A DNA stretch of 63,929 bases, counting the filler. It is 7 parts of 7 records of this genome, joined end to end, with 100 filler letters (N's around TTAATTAATTAA, not from the genome) between each part and the next. Parts side by side here need not be neighbours in the genome. Positions count along the whole stretch, not along the records: positions 6,452 to 22,803 come from SRR2962707_4203; positions 22,904 to 28,141 come from SRR2962707_4211; positions 28,242 to 35,085 come from SRR2962707_4217; 4 more parts are not named here. One strand, given 5' to 3'. Position 1 is the first letter of the stretch. Every line of letters starts with the position of its first letter. Position numbers and translations under genes: made by a program. Positions 21,293-30,557 of this stretch are shown here, one piece after another. The notes beneath the pieces are model-generated. The model saw nothing but the letters and a program-made list of their open reading frames with translations, searched no databases and had not been told where the DNA came from.

Positions 21293-22201
21293 ATGCGCCA
21301 CCTGATGACCCTGCGTTTCGTTGATGCCGTCGCCAAGGCCGGGTCCATTCGTCAGGCAGCGGAAACCCTGGCCATCACGTCAACCGCATTGAACCGCAGG
21401 ATTCTGGCGATCGAGGAAGATCTCGGTGTCGAGATATTCGAACGCTTTCCCCGGGGCGTGCGCCTGTCGGCGGCCGGTGAAATCCTGATCCATCATATTC
21501 GCAGCCAGCTCAGCGATATTGAGCGCGTGAAAAGCCAGATTGCCGATCTCAGCGGGGAACGCCGGGGGCACGTCGCCATTGCCTGCAGTCAGGCACTTGT
21601 CCCCTATTTTCTACCGGAACAGATTTCGACTTATCGGCTGGATCACCCTGCCGTTACCTTCGACGTCCTGGTCCGCGACCGCGCCGCGGCGGAACAGTCG
21701 CTGATCGATATCAGCGCCGACCTGGCCATTGTCTTTGAACCTGTTCGCTTGTCGGAATTTCAGATCCTGCTCACGATCCGACAGCCCGTGCATGCCGTCA
21801 TGCGGCCGGACCACCCCCTGGCGTCATCGGAATCCCTGCGGCTTCGTGATTGCCTGCGCTTCCCCATCGCCTTGCCGACGGCTCCGTACGGGGTGCGGCA
21901 CCTTATGGAACTGGCCGTGCGGAAGACGTCTCTCGAACTCCAGCCGGCACTGGAATCAGACAGCTTTGAATTCCTCCGGCATTATGCCCGCTCGGAAAAC
22001 ATTATTTCATTCCAGCTGCCGATCGGTCTGCCATCTCTGGACAACGAGGACGGGACCGTTAACCGCCCCATCGATGTTCGCGATGTCCCGGCGGGGTTTC
22101 TCTATTTCGGGCAGCTCCGCGGGCGCACTCTGCCCGTCGCTGCCGCACGATTTGCACAGCAGATGCAGGAAACATTCGTCAGGCGCTTTGATTGCGAGTG
22201 A
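21293..22201 (+). CDS. LysR family transcriptional regulator, divergent from the atzF-ABC-biuH operon
   Basis: GSIRQAAETLAITSTALNRRI HTH and FERFPRGVRLS. GAGG RBS before ATG 21293. Confidence 0.93.
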   Translation: MRHLMTLRFVDAVAKAGSIRQAAETLAITSTALNRRILAIEEDLGVEIFERFPRGVRLSAAGEILIHHIRSQLSDIERVKSQIADLSGERRGHVAIACSQALVPYFLPEQISTYRLDHPAVTFDVLVRDRAAAEQSLIDISADLAIVFEPVRLSEFQILLTIRQPVHAVMRPDHPLASSESLRLRDCLRFPIALPTAPYGVRHLMELAVRKTSLELQPALESDSFEFLRHYARSENIISFQLPIGLPSLDNEDGTVNRPIDVRDVPAGFLYFGQLRGRTLPVAAARFAQQMQETFVRRFDCE

Positions 22202-22375
22202 GTTTGCCGGCAGGTCCTGTCATAGGAACATCCGAAGTCATCACCAAACATTCATGCTGAAACAGGAAACAGTTGAGTTTTGACCTGTTTCGTATCAAAT
22301 ACGCCGATCCGGATGGGCGCAGAAACGACGATTGTCGCGCGACGGCCTGCCGGGTGAACAAAGTCAGAAAATTTC

Positions 22376-22762
22376 ATGGATAGCCTTCTATATCCCCTGA
22401 TCCGGCCGATGGCGACGACGGGCAAAGGTCGTGGTGTGTTCGCCGTCTCCGTCATTGCCGCCGGTGACGTGATTGAACGAAGCTGCACCATAGAACTCGG
22501 TGCCGCCGACTGTGATGCGGTTCGAGAGACGCTGATTGAGGATTATTACTTTGCGCATCCCGGGGATGATACAGGTGGTCTTCTGGTGCTCGGACTGGCC
22601 AGTTTATGCAATCACGCCGACACCCCGAACGTGGACACCAGCTTCATCAATGATGACACGCTGGGCTGGATTGTTCTGCTGACAGCCAATCAGACGATTA
22701 CCGCCGGCACGGAAATCACTAGGCGCTATGCCTGCCCTCCGTGGTTCCAGATCACAGCCTGA
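22376..22762 (+). CDS. Small stand-alone SET-domain protein (putative lysine methyltransferase)
   Basis: KGRGVFA (motif I), LCNHADTPN (NHxxxPN) and GTEITRRY (ExTxxY); 128 aa. Confidence 0.85.
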   Translation: MDSLLYPLIRPMATTGKGRGVFAVSVIAAGDVIERSCTIELGAADCDAVRETLIEDYYFAHPGDDTGGLLVLGLASLCNHADTPNVDTSFINDDTLGWIVLLTANQTITAGTEITRRYACPPWFQITA

Positions 22763-22776
22763 ACGAAACGAACAGC

Positions 22777-22803
22777 AAAAAGCCCTTAACTCGTTGAGTT
22801 AAG
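22777..22803. terminator. Hairpin cut by the contig end, probably an intrinsic terminator
   Basis: AAAAAGCC-CTTAACTC-GTT-GAGTTAAG; the outer right arm is truncated. Confidence 0.45.
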
Positions 22804-22903
22804 NNNNNNNNNNNNNNNNNNNNNNNNNNNNNNNNNNNNNNNNNNNNTTAATTAATTAANNNNNNNNNNNNNNNNNNNNNNNNNNNNNNNNNNNNNNNNN
22901 NNN
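22804..22903. other. Artificial contig linker
   Basis: 44 N + TTAATTAATTAA + 44 N. Confidence 0.98.
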
Positions 22904-22930
22904 CTCTCTCTCTCTCTCTCTCTCTCTCTC
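22904..22930. repeat. (CT)n microsatellite at the eukaryotic contig start
   Basis: Uninterrupted CT dinucleotide run. Confidence 0.95.
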
Positions 22931-23378
22931 GTCACTGGATGAGCAACAAGGCAGTGGTTGCGGAAGCACAGTTGGGGGAATGAAAAACAAACAAACGAAC
23001 AAAAAAAGTTGGTGCGAGGAAAGGGTACCGCGAGTGTCGTTGGTTGGACGACCAACAACCAACCGGGCGGCAGGACAGAGCGGGGCAGTGAGCTCCGTGG
23101 CTTCGCAAGTGACTTTTTGTCTGCGATGCTTGTTCTGCGTCCAGCAGCAGCGGCAGCAAGTAGTGCGCAGTCTTCAATGACTGCCTGTGGCACCAAGCAC
23201 TCCAACTTCAGCTTCATCAGCAACAGCGACAATAGTGACCGGCAACATGCTTTCGTTCGTGAGATGGCTTTTTCTCAAGAAATCGTTCTCGGCGTGAGTG
23301 GACAGGGATGCACCGTGTTGTCTGCCCCTGCATCGTCGTGAATTGCTGAGCATTCGACGACGAGGGTTTGAAACAGTA

Positions 23379-25712
23379 ATGGCCTCTGGACGCGCGATGG
23401 AAGGCGTGACACTGGACGCCCTTCACTACAAGTCCACGGGCATCACGCTCAAGTCGGGGCAGGAGATCCGCGTTCCGATCATCGTCGACAAGAGCTCCAT
23501 ATCCGTTTTGCACTATGATTTTTGCACCGCCAACTCCAACGCTTCTTTGCGTGTGTACTTTTTCACCGACGATGGCTCTCGCCAGGTCCTGCTGCCTGCC
23601 ACTTACCCCAAAGACGACGGTGTGCCCGTGCAGGGGTCGGTTCTGGTCAAAGGTTTGGGGCGGCTCGAACTTGCCTGGGACAACGGAACAACTTGGCTTG
23701 GCCGCACCAACACGCTGTCGTACAGTGTGATCCTCGAGTACAAAAAAGTCGACTCCAGGGGCCAATTAGCGCTTCCCGTGCAGAAACCTGCAGCTGCTAC
23801 GGCGGCTGCTGGATCCGTTTCCACTCCTGCGTCGCACAGTGAGACCAAGCGCGGCGGCCGCGGCAACGGCACGAGACCGAATTCGACACCCGTGGGCACT
23901 GTTGTGTTGCCGACGACAGCCGCTGGCAGTGGAAAGCCAGCAAATCACGGCCAAGGTCATGGAGAAGACAATGGCGCGTCGTCTTCGAACTTCGCGGCAG
24001 GCAGCACCGGAGGCCAGCGGGCAGTGAACGAGGCGCTGACATTTGACCAAAAAGTCACGGCCATATTTCAGTTTTTTGACCAAGACGGCGATGATGTGCT
24101 CTGCTATTCTGAAATGGATCAGCTTATGCGCACCATCAGTGTGCCGCCTCGCAAGCTTGAGTATCTTCAGTGGGTGGAGGTTTGCAACTTCTGGGCGGCA
24201 AACGCCGAAGTCGGCCTCCCTCTTCGGTCACTGATGTCCATTTATGCAAGTTCACCAGGTTCCATCGACGAGGAGTACGAGCGCTTCGAGCAGCTGGTGC
24301 AGCACGGGTCAGCCGCCATACAGTATGTCCCATGTCCACCCGGATGGGTGGAAGTTGATCGTGAGGACGGCAGCTCCTACTACATGAATTACGCTGACAT
24401 GAGCAAGACAATTGAGGCAAGGCCGCCAAGGAAAGCCGTTTCCCCCGCAGCACCAGCGGGCGCAATGACACTCGTGGCCCCTCAAGCTGTCCCAGAAAAC
24501 GGAACGCACACTGAGACCACGGGCAGGACCGAACCCAGCTTTGAAGATAAATGCCTGCTTGTATTTGAGTTCTTTGATGCCGATGGAAATGGATATCTGG
24601 ACTTGAACGAGCTGAATGCGTACACGCGCGCTGTGGAAGGCCCACGGGGCCAAATTCTGGATGTTCCGTCGTGGATCCGTGTGGTATCAGCATTGGGTGA
24701 AAACGCCGAGCTCGGCATCTCGCTTGCCAGCTTCTCACGGATGCACCACAGTGGGGGTCCAGAGGCTGCTGCTGGACTGAATCGCGACTATGTCTATGTC
24801 ACAGAGCAGCACCGTCTTGCTCGCACTCGCTTTACGCAGCCAGCACATGAATCTTTCCCTGAGGCTGGGCAGGGTGCGTTGACACCCGCCCGAACGACGG
24901 ACAGCGTAGAGCGATCCGACCGAAGCACTGGTTCTTCGGGCAACGCTGGCAGTGCCCCCAGCAAACCTCATGCCAGCACTGCGGCCGCCCTCCCACGCAA
25001 TGCCTCCCTAAGGACGTTGTCGCAACTGCGGTGTGCAGACCCGTGGCAAAAGTGCCAAGTGATCTTCGCGCACTTCGATGAAGACGGGGACGGGTTGCTG
25101 AACTTTGAAGAGATGCAACACTATACCGCCGTGACTGAAGGGGCCGGAGACGACGAAGAAAGCACATTGTTGCGCTCTACTTGGAACACTTTGTGCCAAA
25201 GAAGGGGTGTTGATCCAAATTTAGGCTTTGCTTGCGAGGATCTCTTCAAAATTTATCACGTCTCCGTGGACAAGGACATCGCGCGCGTGTTCCCACCCAA
25301 CGGACACGACAGCAGCGGTCATGGTGACGGAGTCCATTCACGGGATCTCGTCAACGAAAACGACATGAACCTGCATGCGAAAATCCAACGCATTTTTGAA
25401 AAATTTGATGCGGACCAGGACAATTACATGAATTTGGACGAGATGAATGCCTTCACCGCCATCACGGAGGGGGAGCAGGAACAATTGACTCGGGAAGAGT
25501 GGGAGCACACATGTCGCCGCATGCTGATCAACCCTGATATCGGTTTGGCTTTCAACGACCTGGCCACAATTTACACGGCTCACCTCGACAAGGACTTCGA
25601 AACGGTCGTGAGTGAAAAACGCCGTGAGCGCAGGCGCGAAGCCGCCGAAAAATCTCGGCGACGGATGCAAAAGCAATTGTGGGACGAAGAACAGTCCCAC
25701 GGAATTCCATGA
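23379..25712 (+). CDS. Eukaryotic protein: N-terminal GOLD-like domain, WW-like domain and four EF-hand modules (apparently a single exon)
   Basis: GOLD-type LELAWDNGTTWLGRTNTLSYSV; EF loops DQDGDDVLCYSE, DADGNGYLDLNE, DEDGDGLLNFEE, DADQDNYMNLDE; WW-like CPPGWVEVDREDGSSYYMN. The frame is open from 23298 and the first ATG is at 23379. Confidence 0.85.
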   Translation: MASGRAMEGVTLDALHYKSTGITLKSGQEIRVPIIVDKSSISVLHYDFCTANSNASLRVYFFTDDGSRQVLLPATYPKDDGVPVQGSVLVKGLGRLELAWDNGTTWLGRTNTLSYSVILEYKKVDSRGQLALPVQKPAAATAAAGSVSTPASHSETKRGGRGNGTRPNSTPVGTVVLPTTAAGSGKPANHGQGHGEDNGASSSNFAAGSTGGQRAVNEALTFDQKVTAIFQFFDQDGDDVLCYSEMDQLMRTISVPPRKLEYLQWVEVCNFWAANAEVGLPLRSLMSIYASSPGSIDEEYERFEQLVQHGSAAIQYVPCPPGWVEVDREDGSSYYMNYADMSKTIEARPPRKAVSPAAPAGAMTLVAPQAVPENGTHTETTGRTEPSFEDKCLLVFEFFDADGNGYLDLNELNAYTRAVEGPRGQILDVPSWIRVVSALGENAELGISLASFSRMHHSGGPEAAAGLNRDYVYVTEQHRLARTRFTQPAHESFPEAGQGALTPARTTDSVERSDRSTGSSGNAGSAPSKPHASTAAALPRNASLRTLSQLRCADPWQKCQVIFAHFDEDGDGLLNFEEMQHYTAVTEGAGDDEESTLLRSTWNTLCQRRGVDPNLGFACEDLFKIYHVSVDKDIARVFPPNGHDSSGHGDGVHSRDLVNENDMNLHAKIQRIFEKFDADQDNYMNLDEMNAFTAITEGEQEQLTREEWEHTCRRMLINPDIGLAFNDLATIYTAHLDKDFETVVSEKRRERRREAAEKSRRRMQKQLWDEEQSHGIP

Positions 25713-25965
25713 GAACTGCATTGGACATCTTCGAGCACATGTATGTACCGGCACTAACCTTTTTGTCCCATTGCACGTCAGTGTTGCGCGCCCAGTGCAC
25801 GCTGGCAAATCATGTAGAATTTGCGTTCACATAAAAAAACACCCTACAACAAGCACATGCACTTCATTTTCATTTTCGCTCCATGATGTCTTTCTCCCTC
25901 CTGCTGAACAAATCAAAAGGCCCCTTGTTGCACCCTTCGCAAATTGTTTCATTGCTAACTTTTTT

Positions 25966-28011
25966 TTAGAGTTTACTCAAAAGAACCAAATTGTGCACAT
26001 TTTTGTCACAAATATCTGGGCCTGTGACTGTAGCGCCGGTCAAACAGTCCACTTCGTACCGCACGCATGTCTTGCCAGGCACAAGTGCAGACGGGCTTCC
26101 CGACATGGAAAGCAGAATAAATCGAAGCACATAACCAGCCTGCGCAGCAACAAAAGGGGGGAGGGCACCCATGAGCAGGCACCGAAAACCTGCAAGCAGA
26201 ACAGCACCAGGTTCATGGCAAGGAACGCACTTCGCACTGCGGAGCAATCGAGTCGGTGCGGCGCTCCTCAACAAGATCGACTGTAATATTGCGATATGGA
26301 CTGGCCATGCCGCGGGGCTGTGCGTGCCAAAAAGTTGGCAGCTGCTCGACCGTTTCCCACGTGCTGGTGCCCTGCATCTGCGATACCGACACATTCAGAA
26401 TCAGCCCACATGATCAGCGTGGATGAAAATGGCACAATGCGGCAATGAGGAAACTCATGGCAAAAATAGACAAACCTCCTTCTTTGCAACAAAGGCTCTA
26501 ACAGACCAGTGTGCAGCAGGCATGACACCTGCGTTGAGAATCTCCACAGTTATCGCGGAGATGGCTCGACTGTTTGGAGCATAGTCGACGTGGTGAGCCA
26601 CAAGCTCGAGAAAAGGGCCCGATAACCACGCCATTTTCGTGTTGGCCTTTCATGTCACGTTGTCAAAAAAAGTCGCAACACGACACGCGATGTCAGCAAT
26701 CACGGATATCGTCCACACAGCATTTTCAACAAATACCCCAATCACACCATAATTGTCAATGGCACCTTGATGTTCTCAACAGCAATCGCCTTGCCTTCGT
26801 CTGGAGTGGGCCAAAATGAAGGAATCATCGAGACCCCACGACGGTACAGTGGCCCAACCTCCGACATGAGAGCATAAATTCCCCTCTCTTGAAACATCCA
26901 GTCCTAACCATGAAGCGCGCGTCCATCCACACAGTTCAACAGTCAATACAAACATGTTGCAGCAATTCAAATGCACGGCCCAGTACAATCACTCCAACTC
27001 GCGTGGCAGTGCATGTACCTGAGCTGCTCCAGAGACTGTATACAAATCAAGTGGCTTCTCCCATCCAACTCCATACATAAACCCATTCAGCGCCGTGATG
27101 CGCTCCCCCAATCCGATAAATACGTCATAGTCACTGCCCTTCGGCTTGCCCAGCACTTTGCAGCCAAACGGCATGGTAATTTCCTTGCCATACGAATGGT
27201 AATTGATGGCAAAAGTAAAGTTCTGGCGACCCGTCAGGTCACGGATGGCGGCAGTTTCTGGCTCGGAGAACGGATGCTCGCCTTGATAGTCTTCGCTGCA
27301 AGGCGTCGTTGAGGCACTCCTATCCTTGGTTGCACGGTCGAAGCAAACTGGGTAGTTGCGATTCAAATCAACGCCAGGCCCACGATTTCGGGTGGTCCGT
27401 GTGCAGGCTGGCCGCATGTTTGTGCGCACCATGCGTCCTTGCACATTGCGACAGTTGGCAGAGTAGCCGTCGGGGTTGACCACTGGAATAAACCACAGCT
27501 GTCTTGAATGCAGCAATAGCCGCGTTGGTCCATCGCCCCGCACGTACTTCTGCACCAAGTCACGGACAAAATAGTACAGCACGCCGAGCGATGTCGGTTC
27601 ACGCGCGTGATGTAATCCTGTGAACAAGGCTTGAGGGACGGACGGGTCGGATGGTTCAGACCCCGCGGCGCCACACCTGTAGCCTAAACACAGGGCCTCC
27701 AGCGACCTGCCCTCGATCGATCGCCCGAGGTGTATTGGGTATCTTGCCAGGCCAGAGCCCTCAACCGACCCAGACCCAGCGGCACTGACTGAGTGAAGTC
27801 CTTGGCTCTGGCTCGCCGCGTTCACGCGCGCTGCCATCGCGGCGAAGAACTCGTGGGCCTCCGAGACGTTGGGGTAGCCAAAGCACGAGCCTGTGACGTT
27901 GCTCTCGTCGTACAGCAAGTCTCGAGCGCTCGCGGGCGACACCGCCAAGAACGCCAGAAACGACACAGCAGCCAGCGTGGCTGCGTTCGCGGCCAGAGAC
28001 CACAGGCCCAT
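25966..28011 (-). CDS. Spliced eukaryotic secreted zinc carboxypeptidase (M14, carboxypeptidase T-like). Exons 28011-27019, 26903-26766, 26646-26476, 26377-26231, 26139-25966; 540 aa as modelled
   Basis: Signal peptide; HHARE (Zn His/Glu), NPDG, GVDLNRNY, PFSEPET, NYHSY in exon 1. GT-AG splicing restores SGAAQ|DWMFQERGIYALMSEVG, which supplies the catalytic Glu. Introns are 115, 119, 98 and 91 nt, all phase 0. Exons 4-5 are less certain. Confidence 0.85.
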
Positions 28012-28084
28012 CGTGAGAAACGGTAATTAAAATTCAACAACACAAACAACGCACTACACCACCGAGGTTGCGCGGGCCGAGCCC

Positions 28085-28141
28085 TCTGTCTGTCTGTGTC
28101 TCACTCTCACGCACGCACTCACTCACTCACTCAGTCACTCA
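28085..28141. repeat. Low-complexity (CTGT)/(CACG)/(CACT)n microsatellite at the eukaryotic contig end
   Basis: ctgtctgtctgt...cacgcacgcactcactcactcactca. Confidence 0.85.
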
Positions 28142-28241
28142 NNNNNNNNNNNNNNNNNNNNNNNNNNNNNNNNNNNNNNNNNNNNTTAATTAATTAANNN
28201 NNNNNNNNNNNNNNNNNNNNNNNNNNNNNNNNNNNNNNNNN
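28142..28241. other. Artificial contig linker
   Basis: 44 N + TTAATTAATTAA + 44 N. Confidence 0.98.
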
Positions 28242-28274
28242 GGCGACATCCAGAAGTTTTACGCGTTTTGCCAT
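28242..28274 (-). CDS. First 11 codons of a probable LacI-family regulator (truncated)
   Basis: MAKRVKLLDVA resembles the start of a LacI HTH; GGAG RBS upstream. Confidence 0.55.
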
Positions 28275-28369
28275 GCGTCCCGTTCTCCGATCCCGTGTCT
28301 TCACGATGCTATTGGTTTGAATTAGCTACACTATAGCCAGAAGCCCGCTGTCTCTACCAGAAGAGATCC

Positions 28370-28987
28370 CTATCGAGTTTCCGATTGCGTTTTGCGGAAT
28401 GTCAGATTGATGCGGGGGCCCACCTGTCTTGCGGTTTTGGGCAATTGATGAAGCCAGAAATGCTGTGTTGCGCCCGACATGATCAGGGCCGAATTATGGG
28501 GTAAATCAATGCTGATCCGATCACCGGTTTTCTTGTGACGCAAATGAAACCGGCGTTCTTCGCCAAAAGACAAACTGGCAATGATCGGATTTTCACCCAG
28601 CACATCTTCGTCATCGGCATGCCAGGAAACGCTGTCACGGCCATCGCGATACTGATTCAACAAAACCGTATTAAACGATATCCCTGCCCCGGAAAGTTCT
28701 TCGGCCAAACTGCGCAAAGGCGCGATAATTGATGGAAACGGTGCTGCTGGGTGATACACGCCGCTATAGCGATAGGCGACTTCGCCATACCATGCGGTCA
28801 GGCGCGGAACGGCGATTTCTTTGCCATGAATTCTGGCAAGTTCCTGCTGCCAGACAATACCGCTTTTAAGGCGGGCAAAGGTCCGGTCCGCATCGTCAGG
28901 TGCCATGATGTCACGCAACAACAAGACGTCGCCGTCAAATGGCAAAAGATTGCGTGGTGGTTCATTGGCAAACAGATCGCCGGTCAT
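28370..28987 (-). CDS. AlkB-family Fe(II)/2-oxoglutarate dioxygenase (ALKBH2/3-like)
   Basis: PRLTAWYG, LLNQYRDGRDSVSWHADDE (HxD), WLHQLPK and RINLTFR. Confidence 0.92.
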   Translation of the reverse strand: MTGDLFANEPPRNLLPFDGDVLLLRDIMAPDDADRTFARLKSGIVWQQELARIHGKEIAVPRLTAWYGEVAYRYSGVYHPAAPFPSIIAPLRSLAEELSGAGISFNTVLLNQYRDGRDSVSWHADDEDVLGENPIIASLSFGEERRFHLRHKKTGDRISIDLPHNSALIMSGATQHFWLHQLPKTARQVGPRINLTFRKTQSETR

Positions 28988-29104
28988 GATTTTCCCCGGA
29001 AGTCATTCTGCCAAAGACCTAGGCCGAACGAAGGCGAAACTCAAGCCACAGTTCGCTGATATATTCGTTTTTGCAAGTTGTTGGGATGTTACGTCGCCAA
29101 AAGA

Positions 29105-30556
29105 CTAGTCGTTGATCAGTATCACACCTTCTTGGGCGGCATAGCGTTCAACGTCTTCAACGCTTAATCCCGCAGCACTGTAAAGATTGATGGTTTCAAG
29201 TTCGAGATCGGTTTCGGCATCGGCAAGTGCCTGTAACGATCCGGTCAGACTGCGCTGAGAATCCAAAACGTCGAGAAAATCCGACAGACCTTGCACAAAC
29301 CGTACCCGCGATTGATCAAACGCGTCGCGGTGATATTGCACCGATGCAATCAAAGAATCACGTTGTTGCACCGCTCCGACATAACCGTAAATCGCACTTT
29401 CAACTTCTTCAATCGCGTTCAACAATGTCTGGCGATAGATCAAAAAGGCCTGCTCGGCTTCTTCTTCGGCAACCGTGATATTGGCCCGGCGTTCGCCACC
29501 ATCGTAAAGGGTGGCATCAATCACGGCACCGATTGCCGCCATTGCGGTTCGAACGATTGGACCGGTGCCATAGCCCGTCGCCCCCAAGGCCAACGACCCG
29601 TTAAGGGTCAGTTCCGGGTACAGTGTTGCCGTTTCCACCCCGATTTGCGATGTCGCAGAGATCAGGGAAAGCTCAGCTGCCCGCACATCGGGTCGGCGGC
29701 GTAAAAGATCGGCGGGGACGCCAATCGGCGGGCTGCTTTGGAATTCCGGCAAGGGTGATGTGTCAAGCAAGGCATCGCGATGTTTGCCCGGCTGTGCGCC
29801 GACAAGGATCGAAATTGCATTGATGGATCGGTCGATACTGGTCTGCAGGGTTGGTACGGTCGCTTCAAGGTCGGCGACTTCGGCACGGGCACGTGACAGA
29901 TCAAGTTCCGATCCAAGCCCGGTTTGCAAACGCACCTGAACGATGTTGCTGGTCTGACGTTGCAGATCAAGCGAGTCTTGCAAAAGCCCAAGACGTTTTT
30001 GCGCGCCACGCAGTTCAATATAGTTGGTTATGATATCGGCAATCATGGTGCGATAGACATCTTCGCGCAGATAAACCTGTTGCAAATAATCTGCTTCGGC
30101 GACTTCTTCTTCGCGTGCCTGACCGCCCCAGATATCCGCCGTCCATGACAGATCAATTCCCGCACCATAGCCAATGTCATCAACACGGTTGCCACTGGCA
30201 CGGCTTGATGTCGTGCGATCAGCAGATCCGTCAACGCTGGCATCAATTGTCGGACCATTGGCCCCGGCCACGCCGCGCGCGGTTGCGGCGGCGGCGCGAA
30301 TACGGCTGATGGCGATCTTAAGGTCGATATTGTTGGCAACACCTTCGTCGATCAGACTTTGCAAGACAGGATCTGTCGTGCTTTCCCACCAACGCCCCTG
30401 TTCTGCCTGACGTGCGGCAATCACCGGGATTTCCGGGGAATAGGCCCCGACCAGATCAAAGTTCGGTGCGGTATAATCCGGACCAACCGACTGACAGCCC
30501 GCCAACCCGACCATCATCGCAATGCCAGAAACTGCGAAAAGACGATTGTTCTTCAT
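29105..30556 (-). CDS. NodT/OprM-family outer-membrane efflux lipoprotein
   Basis: Lipobox LAGC followed by VGPDY; PADLLRRRPDVRAAE and DFLDVLDSQR. Confidence 0.92.
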   Translation of the reverse strand: MKNNRLFAVSGIAMMVGLAGCQSVGPDYTAPNFDLVGAYSPEIPVIAARQAEQGRWWESTTDPVLQSLIDEGVANNIDLKIAISRIRAAAATARGVAGANGPTIDASVDGSADRTTSSRASGNRVDDIGYGAGIDLSWTADIWGGQAREEEVAEADYLQQVYLREDVYRTMIADIITNYIELRGAQKRLGLLQDSLDLQRQTSNIVQVRLQTGLGSELDLSRARAEVADLEATVPTLQTSIDRSINAISILVGAQPGKHRDALLDTSPLPEFQSSPPIGVPADLLRRRPDVRAAELSLISATSQIGVETATLYPELTLNGSLALGATGYGTGPIVRTAMAAIGAVIDATLYDGGERRANITVAEEEAEQAFLIYRQTLLNAIEEVESAIYGYVGAVQQRDSLIASVQYHRDAFDQSRVRFVQGLSDFLDVLDSQRSLTGSLQALADAETDLELETINLYSAAGLSVEDVERYAAQEGVILIND

Positions 30557-30557
30557 A

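Noticed and set aside
22777..22803. tRNA-associated attachment site at the contig end
   Set aside because: Only a truncated hairpin is visible, with no tRNA sequence or integrase in view.
22932..23297. Short ORFs upstream of the GOLD/EF-hand gene
   Set aside because: No motif, and they run into low-complexity sequence. They could be UTR or an exon of a gene off the contig, but nothing supports a call.
26040..26237. Hydrophobic ORF as a C-terminal TM anchor of the carboxypeptidase
   Set aside because: It largely coincides with modelled intron 4 (pyrimidine tract) and is out of frame with the phase-0 exon chain. Not fully excluded without transcript data.
25612..26286. 224-aa plus-strand ORF, or a frameshifted continuation of the EF-hand gene
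   Set aside because: It overlaps the modelled last exons of the convergent carboxypeptidase and an AT-rich 3' region, and has no domain signal.
22904..28141. Eukaryote-to-bacterium gene transfer (SET gene next to EF-hand and carboxypeptidase genes)
   Set aside because: A linker separates the SET gene from this segment, which has microsatellites and spliceosomal introns. It is a separate eukaryotic contig.
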